Positions 62,258-64,000 of a DNA stretch of 64,000 nt are shown here, in pieces. Origin of the DNA: Ylistrum balloti (Eukaryota); contig NW_026782013.1 of NCBI RefSeq assembly GCF_031769215.1, positions 310,001-374,000 of the forward strand, given 5' to 3'. Made by a program: the position numbers and the translations under genes. The notes under the pieces are model-generated. The model saw only the letters and a program-made list of their open reading frames with translations. It did not search any database and was not told the origin of the DNA. Within the stretch, counting starts at the first letter, position 1. Every line of letters begins with the position of its first letter.

Positions 62258-64000
62258 CTAGATTTCACATAATTTCAGCCTAGATATGATGTAGATGAAA
62301 ATGTATACAAAACAAAGAACATTACAAGTTTTGTCAGACTTTATTTTTCTGTTCTATTAAATATATGTGTATACAAATAACATCAATACAAACATGATTG
62401 CAATACAAGTGGCATTGCATATCATAGAGTTCTCTCATACTATAAAAATGATATTAGCATATCGTACAAGCTAGGTATAAATTACCTTTTTTTCATTCAG
62501 GGCAGGAAGTCTTGCATCCTAAATATTTATGTAAGACAAATTGTCTTACATTATTCTACATTCTCTGCACTACTGGAAAATTTCATAGTAAAATGGAAGG
62601 AACATTCATGTTGAAAAACTTGTCTAATTTCTGCACATTCTTTTCATTTTACCATTCAAAGTGATAGATTGAAGGCATCCTTTCAATATTGTAACAATAG
62701 TGCTTTCACAACATAATGATGTAATAAATTTTCTAATGATGCAGAGAATAGATATACATGTCTTATTATATATTCCATAGATAATCAAGAATGCCATATA
62801 ATTTAATGGTTATTAAAAATCTAGAAAAATATACCTGTAGTAGCAATTATTCCTGAAAAATGTAAGGTGATATATTGCTTCTCTTTAAGGGGCATTAATG
62901 TTCATGGCTGTTAAAATACCATTTTTGTATTTGAAATACACCATTAAAACATGGAAGTATTTTTTATTTTAATGGGCTGTTTTCTTGTCCCCATTAATTT
63001 TGTACCTTTAATAGTAATTAATTAATGAAAAAGATCAAGTTAATTTCCATTAACAAAAACCATCAAAAAAATTTGATAGGCGTTAAAAATAAAAATGGTT
63101 CCCTTTAATTGCCATTAAATTGGCGAGCTTTTATATTCCTTCCAAAAATATATTTAATAGCTATTAATTTTCCTTTTTTAACAGCAATTAAAGGTACAAA
63201 ATTAACAACTTAATTAATAGCTTTTTAATGGGAAATCTTAATGGGCTATTTAATGGTCATTTTAATGGCTTGTATGTGCAGTAGTGGAGGTTAATTAAAT
63301 AAAGAAATCTGAAAATCTGAAAAATCTAAATTATTGACTTTAACCAAGATCCCGATATGTCATTAGTCAACTGTATCGGCATGGAACTGAAAATTTGCTA
63401 CAGATCAAGTTATGGTTCGACTTTATCAGTGCCATATCAGACTTGAGATCCTGGTCCATTTAAAGCTTGACAATATCAACATGCTATTAAACCTTGGGTA
63501 CTGGCCATAGTTGGTCTAAAATTATTTTAAGTGTAGTTAGCCTTCGGTCTTTGTTGGAGTCAAGAATTGACCTTTAGTTTTCAAGACACTTATTCAACAC
63601 CCAGTTCATACGGCATTTTGCAATAGATTTAATCATTAATACTTAATATGAAATTAAATACTATATTAACCTTGTGGGATATGTTTTTATTACATAATTT
63701 AAATGGCTGAGTAATTTACTTGAAGTTGTACTGCTATAAACTTAAAAGGGACAGCTTACACTCTATCGTAACTATTTAGATCTTCCAGATGTAAAGAAGG
63801 CTTTTATATATTACATTTCTACTTCAACTATTGTTTACAGTATCTAACCTATAAGTACAGAACACAAAACACAAAAGCCCTGACTAAGAGTTGGGATTAC
63901 TTGCGGACAGTTAAATTACTAATATACAAACAACTTTAATGAGTTTTCATTTCATATAAGATTGTATGAAACAAGTCTTTTAGAAGTTTTTAAGAAACTT

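Larger units (their letters stand above)
56994..63286. mobile_element. CACTA (CMC-EnSpm) DNA transposon, about 6.3 kb
   Basis: Termini CACTACTGCA (56994) and TGCAGTAGTG (63286), extending imperfectly to about 38 bp. About 10 CCATTAA/TTAATGG subterminal motifs at each end. Internal EnSpm-type transposase. No clear TSD (left flank ATA, right flank GAG). Confidence 0.85.

Overview
AT-rich, intron-containing animal DNA. The repeat content resembles a lophotrochozoan, probably a bivalve mollusc; this is inference and the species cannot be determined here. Four spliced genes were reconstructed by hand with phase-consistent GT-AG exons. (1) Minus strand, 6673-23699: a Delta/Serrate-type (DSL) Notch-ligand-like type I membrane protein. 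It has a signal peptide, a C2/MNNL-like domain, a shortened DSL domain, about 52 near-identical Ca-binding EGF repeats in one 6.2-kb exon, a mucin stalk, a SEA-like segment, a TM helix and a short Tyr-rich tail. (2) Head-to-head with it, about 1.1 kb away, a HELT-like bHLH-Orange gene (24820-28940, +), with E-box/class-C clusters and an RFX X-box in the shared promoter. (3) RBM22 (36871-46053, -) and (4) WDR45/WIPI4 (47926-56249, +), also head-to-head. The right end holds a LINE fragment interrupted by a 6.3-kb CACTA/EnSpm element. That element carries a decayed transposase and a divergent 841-codon ORF whose repeat resembles the histone H3 tail. Also present: a hAT remnant with a 6-bp TSD, a Harbinger-like MITE, a SINE, two Penelope-like RT fragments, many minisatellites (two amplify splice signals) and a 186-N gap. 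Most short ORFs in the supplied track are spurious.
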